From positions 248,001 through 312,000 of the forward strand of contig NW_026932050.1 of NCBI RefSeq assembly GCF_032062105.1: a stretch of 64,000 bases of DNA, written 5' to 3'. Origin of the DNA: Saccostrea cucullata (taxonomy: Eukaryota). This document shows positions 35,201 to 46,550 of the stretch, piece by piece. The position numbers and the translations under genes are program-made. Positions within the stretch are counted from its first letter, which is position 1, and each line of letters opens with the position of its first letter. A model generated the notes under the pieces. It saw only the letters and a list, made by a program, of their open reading frames with translations, was not told the origin of the DNA and searched no databases.

Positions 35201-37364
35201 TCGCCCCGTGTTATTTTCGCCCTTTTGCACTTGCGAACAATTTTGCACCGTTTTAAATTCGCCCAGTCATAGTTTTGTTTAAGAAATTATGCTGTGTAAA
35301 CAAGAGTTACTGTAACAGATGTTGGAAGATAATACTGTATACAGTATTATAAATGTTATGGGTTTTGAACTTTTGGTGCCTGCTGACAGAGTTATCTTCC
35401 CTTTGTAGAAGCGCCTGTTCATTGACCCGTACATTAACCCCCTGGACCCAGTGGAGTGTGACCTGGTTTTCCATCAGTTGATGGGTGACCTGGCGGAGAG
35501 CAAGATTCCCATCACTCAACAAGAGGCGGTATGTTTGCTTCTTAGAGGTTAAAAATTCATTGTTCATCATAAACTCTCACATGATGAAGATTGTTTTTTT
35601 TTTCAACTTGAAGATATAATGTAATACTATAGAGGATATGAATGTATAGGTGTCTCTCTTTATTATTTTTTGAATTAGTGCTTTTGAAACTTTCTACCTT
35701 TACTGTAAAACATTGTTTCTATGTCATTCTAATGTTCTGAATAAAACATTTTTTAGGTGAAACTTTGTGCCTTGAAAATCCAGTCAGAAATGGACGACCT
35801 TCAGTCTCTTGATATCGACTACAGGTAAGACAAGATTGAACCTAATCAGTGCATATGTACTAAACGGTCCATGCTCTGTCAACTACTGTTACGGTACAGG
35901 TGGAAACTTTGGTGATGTGAAAACATTGACAAAATTGACAAATTTAAAAAAAAATTCAACTGACAACTTTAACAATCTTCCTAGGAATGATGTTAAATAC
36001 TATATGGCTAGTAGAGTGCCAAAGTTTCCACTCACCATATTTATTAAATACTGGTTTTGTCAAACTTTCAGCCCCTCAGTATAAACAAGTTTTTATATCT
36101 AACAGCTGTGACCTAATGTTGTGAACTGTTTCAGCTCCTGTCTGAGGATTCTGCCGGCGTACATCAGAGACTCGGTGAGACTGGAGGACGTTGCGTGCGT
36201 TCACAACTCGGTGATGGAGCTGCTACCTAACCAGGCCATCTTAGCCTTTATAGAGATCCTCAAACAGTGGACTCTGTTCGGGGCCCAAGTCTTCAATGTC
36301 TCTGTAAGTTTTAAAATAAAATAATTCAATGTAGATTACTAGTTAGAATAATTTCCTTTTTAGAACAATATAATTAAGTAAAAGTAGATCCATTGATGTG
36401 TTCAATCACAACTAAAACATTTTTTAAGCAGGTAAAAGGATCTTTTTTTTAAATTCAGGCTGTTGGAAAGTGTTTGATGATGTAAAATTTCATAGCATGT
36501 ATTTTATATCATATATGACTCTGAAATTTTGTAGGAACACAAGCATGGGTTGTCTTTAATAAACTGACTTGTTTTGAATTTCAGCAAAACTACACATCAT
36601 CTCTTCCCAAGAATCTTCTCCTTGCCATTCATCAACAAGGGATTACCCTTATGGAAGTCAACACTTTTGTAAGTCTCAATGGAATATTTACAAACCTGTT
36701 TTGTTCCCTTGATGTAACACATTGAAAATTTTATGAAATAGTACAACTGAATCAATATCTTATTGATTATCATCTTATTCAAAATTTAATATTTTGTACA
36801 TGTATATGCTGAAACAGAAATATGCTACATGAATTATTTCACTTTCATTTTATATTTCCTACTTTCACTTTATAAGTGTTACTTTCACTTTCTATTTATA
36901 GAGAACTCTTGCCTCCTACCAATATACTGAGGTGGTACACTCCAGTCCAGCCATCACCAGTATTATGATTGTTGTGGGTCATGTCGCCAAGGGAATTAAA
37001 TACATGTTTACAACAAACCAGGTGAGGATAACAACATTTTACAATAAAGCTACTTGTACTAAGATTTATATGTGATCAGTTTAGTTTAAATCAAATGATG
37101 TTATGGTCTTGTATGTAAATTGGTGTACATACCTGTATATATATTTACTTGTTAATCTATGGATTGTTTTTGAATGTCTTAAACTTAGGTAATTGTTTTT
37201 TTCTCCTGCAGGCTTTTGAGATTGCCCACCTAATAAAAGACTACATCACAGAGCTACAGTCTCGATTCCTGATCCCTGCTCCTCAGAGCACTGATATAAA
37301 CATGAATCGTGCCTCCGCGGTGTTCTTTGATGATCCTTCAAGTACGCTACAAACGCTAGTGTAG
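204..37364 (+). CDS. Unconventional MyTH4-FERM myosin, best fit class XXII (often annotated 'myosin-I heavy chain-like' or myosin VII/X-like); 5'-partial, 40 coding exons in window
   Basis: Manual splicing gives a continuous frame with matching phases: 204-266 (or its copy 1734-1796), 3020-3163, 6921-7029, 9355-9929, 11547-11696, 11879-11971, 12325-12399, 12659-12709, 12830-13066, 13245-13502, 13912-14067, 14170-14281, 14437-14543, 14877-15034, 17283-17496, 17809-17976, 18197-19003, 19163-19279, 19534-19758, 20187-20318, 20499-20657, 20996-21066, 21246-21435, 21849-21943, 26165-26252, 26810-27211, 27475-27611, 27864-28051, 29567-29689, 32275-32441 (GC donor), 32618-32694, 32978-33059, 34507-34585, 34907-35004, 35409-35528, 35757-35824, 36135-36303, 36585-36668, 36902-37021, 37212-37364 (TAG). 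Total 6621 nt. The class XXII call rests on domain order and recalled motifs ([32 protein letters not shown]), not on a search. Confidence 0.93.
1734..1796 (+). CDS. Identical second copy of the 63-nt motor exon [21 protein letters not shown]
   Basis: Identical to 204-266, including tttgtcag| and |gtatag. Offset is 1530 bp. Upstream flanks are homologous but differ by many small indels. Confidence 0.6.
3172..3290 (+). repeat. 33-bp tandem repeat starting about 9 nt after the P-loop exon donor
   Basis: cagagttatgtcccctgatcataaagattacat twice, plus two decayed copies. Confidence 0.85.
6185..6225. repeat. (GA)n microsatellite
   Basis: Interrupted GA run; another occurs at about 50590-50610. 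Confidence 0.9.
7532..7739. mobile_element. TA-flanked MITE (CTGTA...TACAG family)
   Basis: TA|CTGTAGATCACT ... AGTGATTTACAG|TA with internal TTTTCGCGA motifs. A second copy lies at 48450-48657. Confidence 0.85.
14170..15034 (+). CDS. Neck: three IQ motifs plus E/R-rich helix
   Basis: [23 protein letters not shown] and IQ|RYVRGMFAR, followed by [26 protein letters not shown]. Confidence 0.9.
17283..19003 (+). CDS. Acidic and proline-rich linker exons
   Basis: Exons 17283-17496, 17809-17976 and 18197-19003. ORF 18173-19129 carries the polyproline runs. Splice phases are continuous with both neighbours. Confidence 0.88.
17572..17771. mobile_element. TA-flanked MITE
   Basis: TA|CTGTACACAGGG ... 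CCCTGTATACAG|TA. A related inverted copy lies at 35184-35344. Confidence 0.8.
19163..27211 (+). CDS. First MyTH4-FERM module exons
   Basis: [27 protein letters not shown] and RKNPPS (MyTH4); [23 protein letters not shown] and [16 protein letters not shown] (FERM). Confidence 0.92.
19897..20061. mobile_element. pogo/Tigger-like MITE
   Basis: TA|CAGTCAAAC ... GTTCAACTG|TA. Same family inverted at 55304-55480. Confidence 0.75.
21166..21245 (+). repeat. 26-bp x3 repeat forming the 3' splice site
   Basis: cattgaaacattacttatctgtttgt twice; the third copy ends tttgCAG|. Confidence 0.9.
21898..26012 (+). repeat. Minisatellite of ~80/91-bp units (~47 copies) spanning an exon 3' end and its donor
   Basis: Unit ggctcaggtggtgtgtggggagtatgaggaggggaaggataacag|gtgaggacaggtgtaaaacacaggtagtacaataa. 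The first unit is the real exon end ([14 protein letters not shown]). Confidence 0.97.
26235..26640 (+). repeat. ~38-bp tandem repeat (~10 copies) spanning an exon 3' end and its donor
   Basis: atagcatcagctcatagg|gtatgtatcaaaaccttct, decaying distally. Confidence 0.9.
27475..37364 (+). CDS. Second MyTH4-FERM module and C-terminus
   Basis: [28 protein letters not shown] and [10 protein letters not shown] (MyTH4); [34 protein letters not shown] and IAHLIKDYI (FERM). Ends LQTLV-stop at 37364. Confidence 0.92.
28423..28436. promoter_or_regulatory. RFX X-box-like palindrome
   Basis: GTTACCATAGCAAC matches GTTRCYATRGYAAC. Confidence 0.4.
29642..32132 (+). repeat. 48-bp (16-codon) minisatellite (~53 copies) spanning an exon 3' end and its donor
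   Basis: gtaacgagttctatctcacactcatcaaacagaccacagatcacccag. ORF 29554-30906 reads ([16 protein letters not shown])n. Confidence 0.97.
32424..32545 (+). repeat. Triplicated GC-type 5' splice site
   Basis: tcacaag|GCAAGT after 32441, 32490 and 32525. Confidence 0.85.
33151..34463 (-). mobile_element. Full-length mariner (DD34D, irritans-like), 1313 bp
   Basis: Perfect 28-bp TIRs CGAGGGGCGTTCAATAAATAATGTCATC (33151-33178 and 34436-34463). TA on both sides. Internal transposase ORF. Confidence 0.97.
33223..34294 (-). pseudogene. Mariner transposase with a frameshift just after the ATG
   Basis: WIPHLL, TGDETW, HDNA-(34 aa)-D and [10 protein letters not shown]. The long frame extends upstream as [13 protein letters not shown]..., but the ATG at 34294 is out of frame and reaches TAA after 7 codons. 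Confidence 0.8.
35184..35344. mobile_element. MITE related to 17572-17771
   Basis: ctgtatactggttattttcgccccgtgttattttcgccc matches the reverse complement of the right part of the 17.6-kb element. Confidence 0.65.
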
Positions 37365-37550
37365 CATCCATAGAAAGAGACTAGATCCCAAAATCATGCT
37401 GTGTTCATTAAAATATTTCCAACAAATATTCTGACAAAGTCAGGAATGTGAGAGTGTATGTGTCTGAAATGGATTTTGTGTCGTAACTCAATGTTTTTAA
37501 TATAACCAGACCGTGACGGTCTGCTTCCTGTGCAATCTAATCATGTGATA

Positions 37551-37700
37551 TGTAGTGGGCGTGGCACTGTGCTAGCTGTATCAGACAATGTAGTGGGTGT
37601 GGCACTGTGCTGGCTGTATCAGACATTGTAGTGGGTGTGGCACTGTGCTAGCTGTATCAGACAATGTAGTGGACGTGGCACTATGCTAGCTGTGTCAGAT
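37551..37700 (+). repeat. 38-bp x4 tandem repeat in the putative 3' UTR
   Basis: tgtagtgggYgtggcactgtgctRgctgtatcagaca. Confidence 0.9.
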
Positions 37701-39751
37701 GTTTGTTTGCTAGAACTGGTGATTTTTTAATTTGTTTAATTTCTTGTCATCTTTTGCATTTGTTTGAAATACTCTTGCTGCTTTATCTATGGTGTCCTTG
37801 CAGCAAATTTTTTTTTACATTTTGTATCAAAAAGAATCTCAGAGGAGCCATTATCACGTTAAAGCAAAACAGAGAAGTGTGAAGGAAGTCTTAGTTTGTC
37901 CGTGGCTCAGTAGATTTATAAGTTTTGTGCCTTATCTTAATGCAAGTTAATGTTGTCAGCTCCATATCTTGATTATTCCTTTTAAATTAAAGTTTTTTGT
38001 CATATCAGAGCTTATTATCAATATTCTCTGCTGCTTTAACAACTTAATTAAAATATTAGCAAGATATATTGCTCAATTAACCAACTTGACAGCCTCAGAT
38101 TTCGAACCTCAGGCTCACTTATTCTTTTTTTACGTCCTCTGTATTGAAAATTTTTGACATTTTTTATTCATTTTTTACAATGTACATCATTTATGCAGAA
38201 ATAAAAGCTGGCCCTTTGCAGAAGCTTGGGTTACAACTGACATGTTGAGCATTTTTCTGTACTTATATATTTGTTAGTTTGAGGAAAACTTTGAAAAAGT
38301 TTGCTTTGTGAAGATTTCAATTTTTTTTTCTGTTATTAACAAAGGTTTTATGATTTTTTTCTTGGACCAGCTCCCATATAATATACACTTGCTTATTTTA
38401 CAGCTTGATATACTTAATATTATGTTACAACATTAACATCAAATTCAAAGGACAAAAGAAGGAATTATTTCATTTTAATATTGTGTCATTTATGTGTGTA
38501 TGTTTCTCAGGCCAGATTGACCATTTTTTTTAAGTCATGTAAATTTTACATGTAATAATGTCAATGTCTCGAAAACATAATCTTCATGGTTCAAAACCAA
38601 TCATGCATCAAGTTTTCTTTGTGACCAAACATGTTGAAAATCAGCATGGTATTTATTTTATCCATAATGTATCTAGTCAACATTCAATGCCAAATATTTT
38701 TTTTCTTTCAAAATCCTTGAAATGGGGAATACTATTGCATCCCTATAAGCATTTGCAGGTTTTCAATTATCAGCATTTCATATTGTACACAGCTTACAAT
38801 TTAATCATCCTTTGATATAATTAATATACATGAACTGACCATATTTTATTTAAGAGACCATTTATTATGTACCAGGAGTGATCATTACATGTAAAATGAA
38901 CAAATGTTTGGGTTTTTTTTTCTGCATGAATATGCAAGTAAGCCTTTGAATCAAAATAATTAAAATGATTTCATTTTTTTTTGTTTTTAGTTTCTTTATA
39001 TTTACATTCAAATATGCCAAATTACCATTTTCTTTTATATACACTTGCCTTTGTTTACTGGTTGCCAAACTCATTTTTTTTTTTCATTTTAATTGTCAAT
39101 TCTTTAAAATTTGATATTTGATCTGTGTAGCAGATACTTTTTATTTCTATCCAAACCTGTAAGCTTATGGGCCAATTACACATGGGTGCTGTATTTCCCT
39201 CTTCAACTCCATGTTTCAGTACTATCAGTACTTTGATTTTCTCTTGATATTGATCCAACCAGAAGCAATAGATCTGAATAATAAAGATCTTGTCTTCCAG
39301 GGTTTTACGACAGACTATATACATTTCTATATTTATTGTTGAATGTACTTATTTATGCAATGGATATTGTTTTTTGTTTACATTTGTTTCTCTGTATGTG
39401 CATTATCTTCTGTAATTTCTCTTCAACCAGAAATGAGTGCAGATTGTGAAAATAACTCTATCAGCTGATCCAGATGTTCAAGATTTTTTGTTATGCCTAC
39501 CAAGGCATTTCTTTCATGACGTGTTTTCATGGAAATGTGATATCCATTTTTAACATCACATTATTGTTTAATTATACTCATTTAGTACATTGTAAATTAA
39601 ATATTATTAAGACCTTGCTGGATATGAAGCTGATTTTACCTGTAGATTCCATTTCAAGTTAACCCGGTATTGACCAGTGGTTGATACCGCTTTTATAAGG
39701 TCCAGTTGAGGAGAGAGTACAGAAGACTTATGGTGGCTCTGAGTTTTGTGC

Positions 39752-39807
39752 AATAAATAATAATGAAGCATACTGTGTCAGAGAAAGTGTCTTGTACAAC
39801 CAATAAA
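39752..39807 (+). promoter_or_regulatory. Candidate polyadenylation signals of the myosin 3' UTR
   Basis: AATAAA at about 39752 and 39802, followed by a T-rich tract and just before transposon sequence begins. Another AATAAA lies near 38200. Confidence 0.35.
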
Positions 39808-40003
39808 TATATTTTCTTATGAAAAGTTGTTTTCTTCTTCTTGACTGACAAATTAATTAAGTGGGTTTCATGCCCTGTTCCTCCTCATCTCTAATAGTGC
39901 ATCTAATGCTAAAGATTAACCCCATGACCCCGGCCATTAAAATATTTATTCTGAACTGCAGCAGATTAAACCTGGTTATTTTCCCCAGAATAAGCAGTAA
40001 GCA

Positions 40004-40004
<1 letters not shown>

Positions 40005-40051
<47 letters not shown>

Positions 40052-40202
40052 CATTTTGTCCGGCGTCCGTCTGTCTGTCTAGCTGTCTGTCCGTCTGTCT
40101 GTCTAGCTGTCCGTCTGTCTGTAAACTTTTCACATTTTTGACTTCTTCTCAAGAACCGCTAGGCCAATTTCAACCAAACTTGCCACAAGGCATCCTTGTG
40201 TA

Positions 40203-40241
<39 letters not shown>

Positions 40242-40833
40242 CATTCAAGGGGAGATAATTGAGAATTAGTGAAAATTTGGTGGTATGTTTTAAAAATCTC
40301 CTTCTCAAGAACCACTGTGCCAGGAAAGATGAAACTTAAGGGGAAACATGCTCAGGTAGTGTAAATTTTTTTAAGTTTGTTCAAATCATGTCCCCCGGGG
40401 GTAGGGCGGGGTCACAATGGCCGACCAAAGTTTTATATAGAAAAATATGGGAAAATTCTTAAAAAATCTTTTTCTCAAGAACATCAGAGCCATAATTGCT
40501 CATATTTATATGGAAGCATCCCCAGGTAGTGTAGATTCAAGTTTGTTCAAATCGTGACCCCCAGGAGTAGGGCGGGGCCACAATGACCGACCAAAGTTTC
40601 ATATAGAAATATATAGGAAAACTCTTTAAAATCTTCTCAAGAATAGCAAAGCCATAATTGCTCATATTTATATGGATGCATCCACAGGTAGTGTTGATTC
40701 AAGTTTGTTCAAATCATGTCCCCAGGGGGTAGGGCGGAGCCAAACTTTTGGATTTAAACTCTTCAATAGTAAACCAATTACTACTTTTTCCTAGCCACAA
40801 TGCTCGGGTGATGTTGCCCATGGGCCTCCTGTT
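40005..40833 (+). mobile_element. Non-autonomous Helitron/Helentron (oyster Helitron-N2-like) with ~165-bp internal repeats
   Basis: 5' ttttagctcacctgagccgaaggctcaagtgagc, then a (GTCY)n microsatellite, about 4 Cg170-like units, and a 3' gcccatgggcct hairpin. Confidence 0.88.
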
Positions 40834-42010
40834 TTAGGCTCTAATGGTCAGAACTTATGTCATGGAAAGATGTAGATCTCTCATGCAACGGAGTCTGTAA
40901 CAAAATGCTACTCTACAGTTTTTGTCTGATTTCAAAATAACTTGTCACACAAGTAGAATATACACCAAAATACATAACTATAAGTGCATCGGTTTTAGAT
41001 TTCATTAAACAGTGTTGGCATGGATACTAAAAATAGAAATTTCTGTGAATTAAATTTATTTCAAATGCTCTTTTCCTACAGTTTTGGTCGGATTTCAATA
41101 TAAACTTTAAATATTCTGGTTTGATTGTGTGCCCTCTAAAGTTACAGTGTCTCACAATATGACTAACAAATAGCTTTTCTGTTCTTGAAAATATAGATAC
41201 AAGTATACTCTTTAGTAAAACTTTTATCCTCCATTGTGGGGCTGGTCCCCCCCCCACCCCCTTCAACAAACTTGAATTCCCTTCACCAAAGGATACTTTG
41301 TGTCATTAATAGTTTTGGCTTGAAAAGAAGATGAAAATGAGAAGAAATGTTTACAATGACAGAAAATGACTAGTAGGCCTAACACTTGATTCCCATTCTC
41401 TAAGAAATATCTTAGATGTAGAAGGTCAAACTAAATATCTCATATTTTTTTTTAATTTTCTATATAATTAAATTACTTACTTAACTAATATCCTCTTTGT
41501 GCCCCAAGGACACATAAGGCCATTCTACAAAGAACACCACCAACCTGCTAGTGTCTCCTTCCAACTCTTTGATCTCTTAATTAACAGAGCCTACATTGTC
41601 AGCCAGGTGTTCTTTGGCCGTCCTCTTCTCTTCTTTCAGTCGACTCATTCAGGGGCCCATATGATAGATTACTTTGTAAATAATATATGTTAAGAAGAAT
41701 ATGATATCATTATCTTTATTGAAAAAAAATTACAGAGTTGTAGCTGCAGGTGAGCTAAATGGCATAAAAAAAGGAAGATGGATTCTAAAACTTATCAGGT
41801 CAAGGTCATACTTTAAAAGGTCAAGGTTATAGAGTTTAAAGGTCTTATTTAATTTATAGTTTTGAAATATTGACAATGTAAACCTTTAATTAAGACAGTA
41901 TTAGAAAAAGATGTGTCAATAGGCCTACTCTGTATTGGAATGATCTAGAGAAACGTACTTTACATAGAGTTACCGCCCTTAGTGCGCTCTCTAAGTAACT
42001 ATGAAGCAAG

Positions 42011-42143
42011 ATGGCCGACACCAGCATGAGTGAGACACCAGCGGACACACAAATCGGAAACGGCGACTCAGCAGAAAGTCTCAGCGAGGAAGTAAAGAAG
42101 AAGGCTGATGAACTAAAAGACAAAGCTAACGAATTCTTCAAAA
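42011..42143 (+). CDS. PPP5C: Exon 1 of serine/threonine protein phosphatase 5 (start of TPR domain); 3'-partial
   Basis: caagATGG start; MADTSMSETPADTQIGNGDSAESLSEEVKKKADELKDKANEFFK then a phase-1 donor (A|GTAGGA). It resembles the PP5 N-terminus (AEELKTQANDYFK). Another TPR protein cannot be excluded from 44 aa. Confidence 0.75.
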
Positions 42144-42600
42144 GTAGGATTTCTTCTCTGTTATTGAACAAAATACATCATTAGAACGGTTTCAAATTTA
42201 GCATGTGCACTTGACTCTTGAGTACCATACATATAAATAAGGAAGATTAAGATTCCCTTCAGGTCCTTGTATGGAAACAAAGTGAATTCAGAATTGATAA
42301 CTAAAAGCTCAAATAAAAATAAAATGGTATGCTTACAACTAATTATTCTTTCTAAAAAAGTTGACTATAAAAGTTGACAGGATTTCACCATAATGCCATA
42401 TCATTTCTCTTTGCAAGTCTTCAAGTTTGTAAAAATTAACAGTAAGAAAAGGTTGGTTTTCTTGTAACAATTGAGTTAATATACAGTTAAAGTATGTCAT
42501 TGAGGGAGTTAGCAAGATTCCAGTTCCTGAAGGCCAGGACTATATCCCTACTTGCCGAGGTGCAGCCGAGGGAAATGGTTAGTCCTAGTCAAGGGGAACT

Positions 42601-42963
42601 CATCGTCTCAAGCCACGGTCCGGAGTCCGCTTATATACATGTAGCTCTCTCCTACCCGTGGCTGCTTTATCACAAAAAGTGTTGTTATCTTGAATATTCA
42701 CGCCTCTCTATTGTGGCGTCATATTCAGTCAGTGGAAAGTTTTGTTTCCATCGCAATCGAAATCAACAACTGACGTCAACAGTATACAAGAAATATTTCC
42801 TATACTGCGATTGGATATTGAAAGGTCGCGATAAAGTTCTTCGTCCGACTATGCTTTACTTGCATTGGTCAATATTTTAATGAGCTACGAAGAATTCTCT
42901 CCTCGTTGAACCATGGCCAGAATGGGAGAGGAGCGTACATGTTGGCCGTGGTTTGCGACGATG
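42601..42963. mobile_element. Non-autonomous DNA transposon with 9-bp TSD (MULE- or AcademH-like)
   Basis: TIR CATCGTC(T/G)CAA(G/A)CCACGG; TSD AGGGGAACT at 42592-42600 and 42964-42972. Confidence 0.85.
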
Positions 42964-44114
42964 AGGGGAACTGGAATCAGCAAACTTCAATCTCAGTGAT
43001 ATACATTCTAACTGTTATGTTATATGGATACAAAAATTTAATTTAAAAAATAGAGGATTACAAATGACAGGGAATTAGCTTGCGGAGCAGGGATTAGCTC
43101 ACTTGACTATAACGCACAGGGATCGATTAATCCAATCAGTCATTCCCATATAATTCATACAAATGAAAAAACGTCATGTCGCCAATGCATTTTCAAAGCT
43201 ATGGTTACTAATATTCAAATAATTCCTTGAGGCTTTATGTTAACATATTTTGTCACACAAAATAACATTAGCTGTGATATTTTTTGATATTTTTTGTCCG
43301 AGTATTCACACAAAAGGAAGCCTGGAATAGTGTAAAAGGCGATGTCGCCAGCGTATACCTTGCAGTTTGAGTGTGCATTACCTGGTCGCATTTTGTTCTA
43401 AACAAACAGAAATTGTCTAAATTAATGAAGAAACATGTCAAAATCATATAAATGAATCTTTCATTGATAAATGAATAACGATTTTTAAACAAACCTTTGA
43501 TCATCGCTGTCGCCAAATTTCACCTAACCTACCGTTACAGTGTTTGAATATTTTTTAAGATAATACAATATATCGTTAGTAAAGCTAAAACTGCGTTTTT
43601 TGTGTCTAATATATATTAAAACTTTAGCACAGAATCTTTTTTTAGACAGATCAATAAAACCGTGTTCAAAATTTTTAAAGATATGGATTTTTTATAATGT
43701 CGCATATAAGAACCTAACCTACGTGACGGTGATTGTGAAGAAACAGAGGTTATGTGAAGTACTATTTCAAGGCAGTTGATTGACACCAATGGGTATGTCT
43801 AGTAAACAAAAAACAAATGTAAGGAAAGTTAAAGAACAATTCAGATATAAAGATATTATTGATGGTTCTAACCTCCGTAACCTCTAACCTCCGTAACAGA
43901 AAATCCACAAAATCTAACGTGTGCAACATTTCAGGTGTTTAAACCTACCAGATAATGCTGGAATTTAATCTTTAAGTCGACAACAAAATGTAATATGAAA
44001 ATCATAATGCGTTTAAAGCATAAAATAACGGTATTTATACCCGCACTTTCTAAAGAAAGTTCGGGTATATTGTTGTTACTCATGTCCGTCCGTCCGTCTG
44101 TCTGTCTGTCACAC

Positions 44115-45630
44115 TTTTCTTCCCTGAACTCCTCCTACATTTTACACAGTAGCTTAATCATCTTTTAAGAGATGGTTGGTGGTGTCATGTAGATGTGCAG
44201 TAAGGTTTCGGAATTTTGATTTTGCCCCGGGGGGTCAAATGTGGGTCGAAAAATGACGTTTTTTGTGCAAAAAGTCCCGTCTTCCCTGAACTCCTTCTAC
44301 ATTTAACTCAGCAGCCAAATCAACTTTTGGGGGATGATTGGTGGTGTCATGTAGATGTGCAGTAAGGTTTCGGAATTTTGATTTTGCCCCGGGGGATCAA
44401 ATTGGGGTCGAAAAATGACCTTTTTTGTGCAAAAAGTCCCGTCTTCCCTGAACTCCTCCTACATTTTACTCAGCAGCCAAATCACCTTTTGTGGGATGAT
44501 TAGTGGTGTCATGTAGATGTGCAGTAAGGTTTTGGAATTTTGATTTTGCCCCGGGGGGTCAAATGGGGGTCGAAAAATGACGTTTTTTGTGCAAAAAGTC
44601 CCGTCTTCCCTGAACTCCTTCTACATTTAACTCAGCAGACAAATCACCTTTTGGGGGATGATTGGTGGTGTCATGTAGATGTGCAGTAAGGTTTCGGAAT
44701 TTTGATTTTGCCCCGGGGGATCAAATTGGGGTCGAAAAATGACGTTTTTTATGCAAAAAGCCCCATCTTCCCTGAACTTCTCTTACATTTTACTTAGCAG
44801 CCTAATCATCTTTTGTGGGATGATTAGTGGTGTCATGTAGATGTGCGGTAAGGTTTCGGAATTTTGATTTTGCCCCGGGGGGTCAAATGAGGGTCGAAAA
44901 ATGACCTTTTTTGTGCAAAAAGTCCCGTCTTCCCTGAACTCCTTCTACATTTTACTCAGCAGCCAAATCACCTTTTGGGGGATGGTTGGTCGTGTCATGT
45001 AGATGTGCAGTAAGGTTTTGAAATTTTAATTTTGCCCCGGGGGGTCAAATGGGGGTCGAAAAATGACGTTTTTTATGTAAAAAGCCCCATCTACCCTGAA
45101 CTCCTCTTACATTTTACTTAGCAGCCTAATCATCTTTTATGGGATGATTAGTGGTGACATGTAGATGTGCAGTAAGGTTTTGGAATTTTGATTTTGCCCC
45201 GGGGGGTCAAATGGGGGTTGAAAAATGACGTTTTTTGTGCAGAAAGTCCCGTCTTCCCTGAACTCCTTCTACATTTTACTCAGCAGCCAAATCACCTTTT
45301 GGGAGATGGTTGGTGGTGTCATGTACATGTGCAGTAAGGTTTCGGAATTAAGATTTTGCCCCAGGGGATCAAATGGGGGTCAAAAATAACGTTTTTCATA
45401 CAAAGAGCCCTGTTTTCCCTGAACTCCTCTTACATTTTACTCAGCAGCCTAATCATCTTTTGGGAGATGGTTGGTGGGGTCATGTAGATGTGCAGTAAGG
45501 TTTTGGAATTTAGATTTTGCCCCAGGGGGTCAAATGTGGGTTGAAAAATGACGTTTTTTGTGCAAAAAGCCCTGTCTTCCTTGAAGTCTTCCTTAATGTT
45601 ACTCAGAAGCCTAATCATCTTTTAGGAGAG
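44115..45630 (+). repeat. ~162-bp satellite-like array, about 9.5 copies
   Basis: cttccctgaactcc recurs at about 44117, 44280, 44443, 44604, 44767, 44928, 45090, 45252, 45413 and 45576. Confidence 0.93.
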
Positions 45631-45673
45631 TTAAATATTTTGAAAATTATGTAAAACATCAACGTCAAGGGGT

Positions 45674-46550
45674 AACAAGATGTGTTTGTGAAACACTAAG
45701 CGCCCGTCGTCAACAAAGTTCGAAAAAACTATTTTTAGCATATAGTTCACAGTCAAAGTCACAAGGTCATTAACCTTGGTATTATTTGTAAGAACTTAAT
45801 TAGTGGGGTATGCATACTAAATATGAAGTCCTTATCTCTTATGGTTCAAAAGTTATGGCAAAAAGTGGAAAAAGCTATTTTTAGCATAGAGGTCACAGTC
45901 AAGGTCACAAGGTCATTGACCTTGATGTCATTTGAAGGAACTTAATTAGTGCAGTATGCATACCAAATATGAAGTCCCTATCTTCTATTGTTCAAAGGTT
46001 ATGGCAAAAAGTGGAAAAAGCTATTTTAAGTATAGAGGTCACAGTCAAGGTCACATGGTCATTGACCTTGGTGTTGTTTGAAAGAACCTTTTTAGTGGAG
46101 TATGCATACCAAATATGAAGTCCCTATCTCCTATGGTTCAAAAGTTATAACAAACAGTTGAAAAAACTATTTTTAGCATATAGGTCACAGTCAAGGTCAC
46201 AAGGTCATTGACCCTGATGTCATTTGAAAGAACTTTATTAGAGGAGTATGCATACTAATTATGAAGTCTCTATTTCTTATGGTTCAAAAGTTATGACAAA
46301 CAGTTGAAAAACCTATTTTTAGCATATAGGTCACAGTCAACGTACAAGGTCATTGACCTTGATGTCATTTGAAAGAACTTTATTAGAGGAGTATGCATAC
46401 CAAATATGAAGTCTCTATCTCTTACGGTTCAAAAGTTTTGGCCAAGGTTAAAGTTGACAACAGACAAACAGACAAACAGATAAACAGACAAACAGACAAA
46501 CAGACAGGACAAAAACAATATGCGCCCCGAAAAAATTCGGGCGCATAAAA
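45674..46550 (-). mobile_element. HINE-like Helentron with five ~146-bp repeats
   Basis: aacaagatgtgtttgtgaaacac end; ggtcaaggtca-type units; (GACAAACA)n; sub-TIRs gcgcccg/cgggcgc. Confidence 0.8.

Noticed and set aside
41890-42171. 93-aa minus-strand ORF
   Set aside because: Antisense shadow of the PP5-like exon 1.
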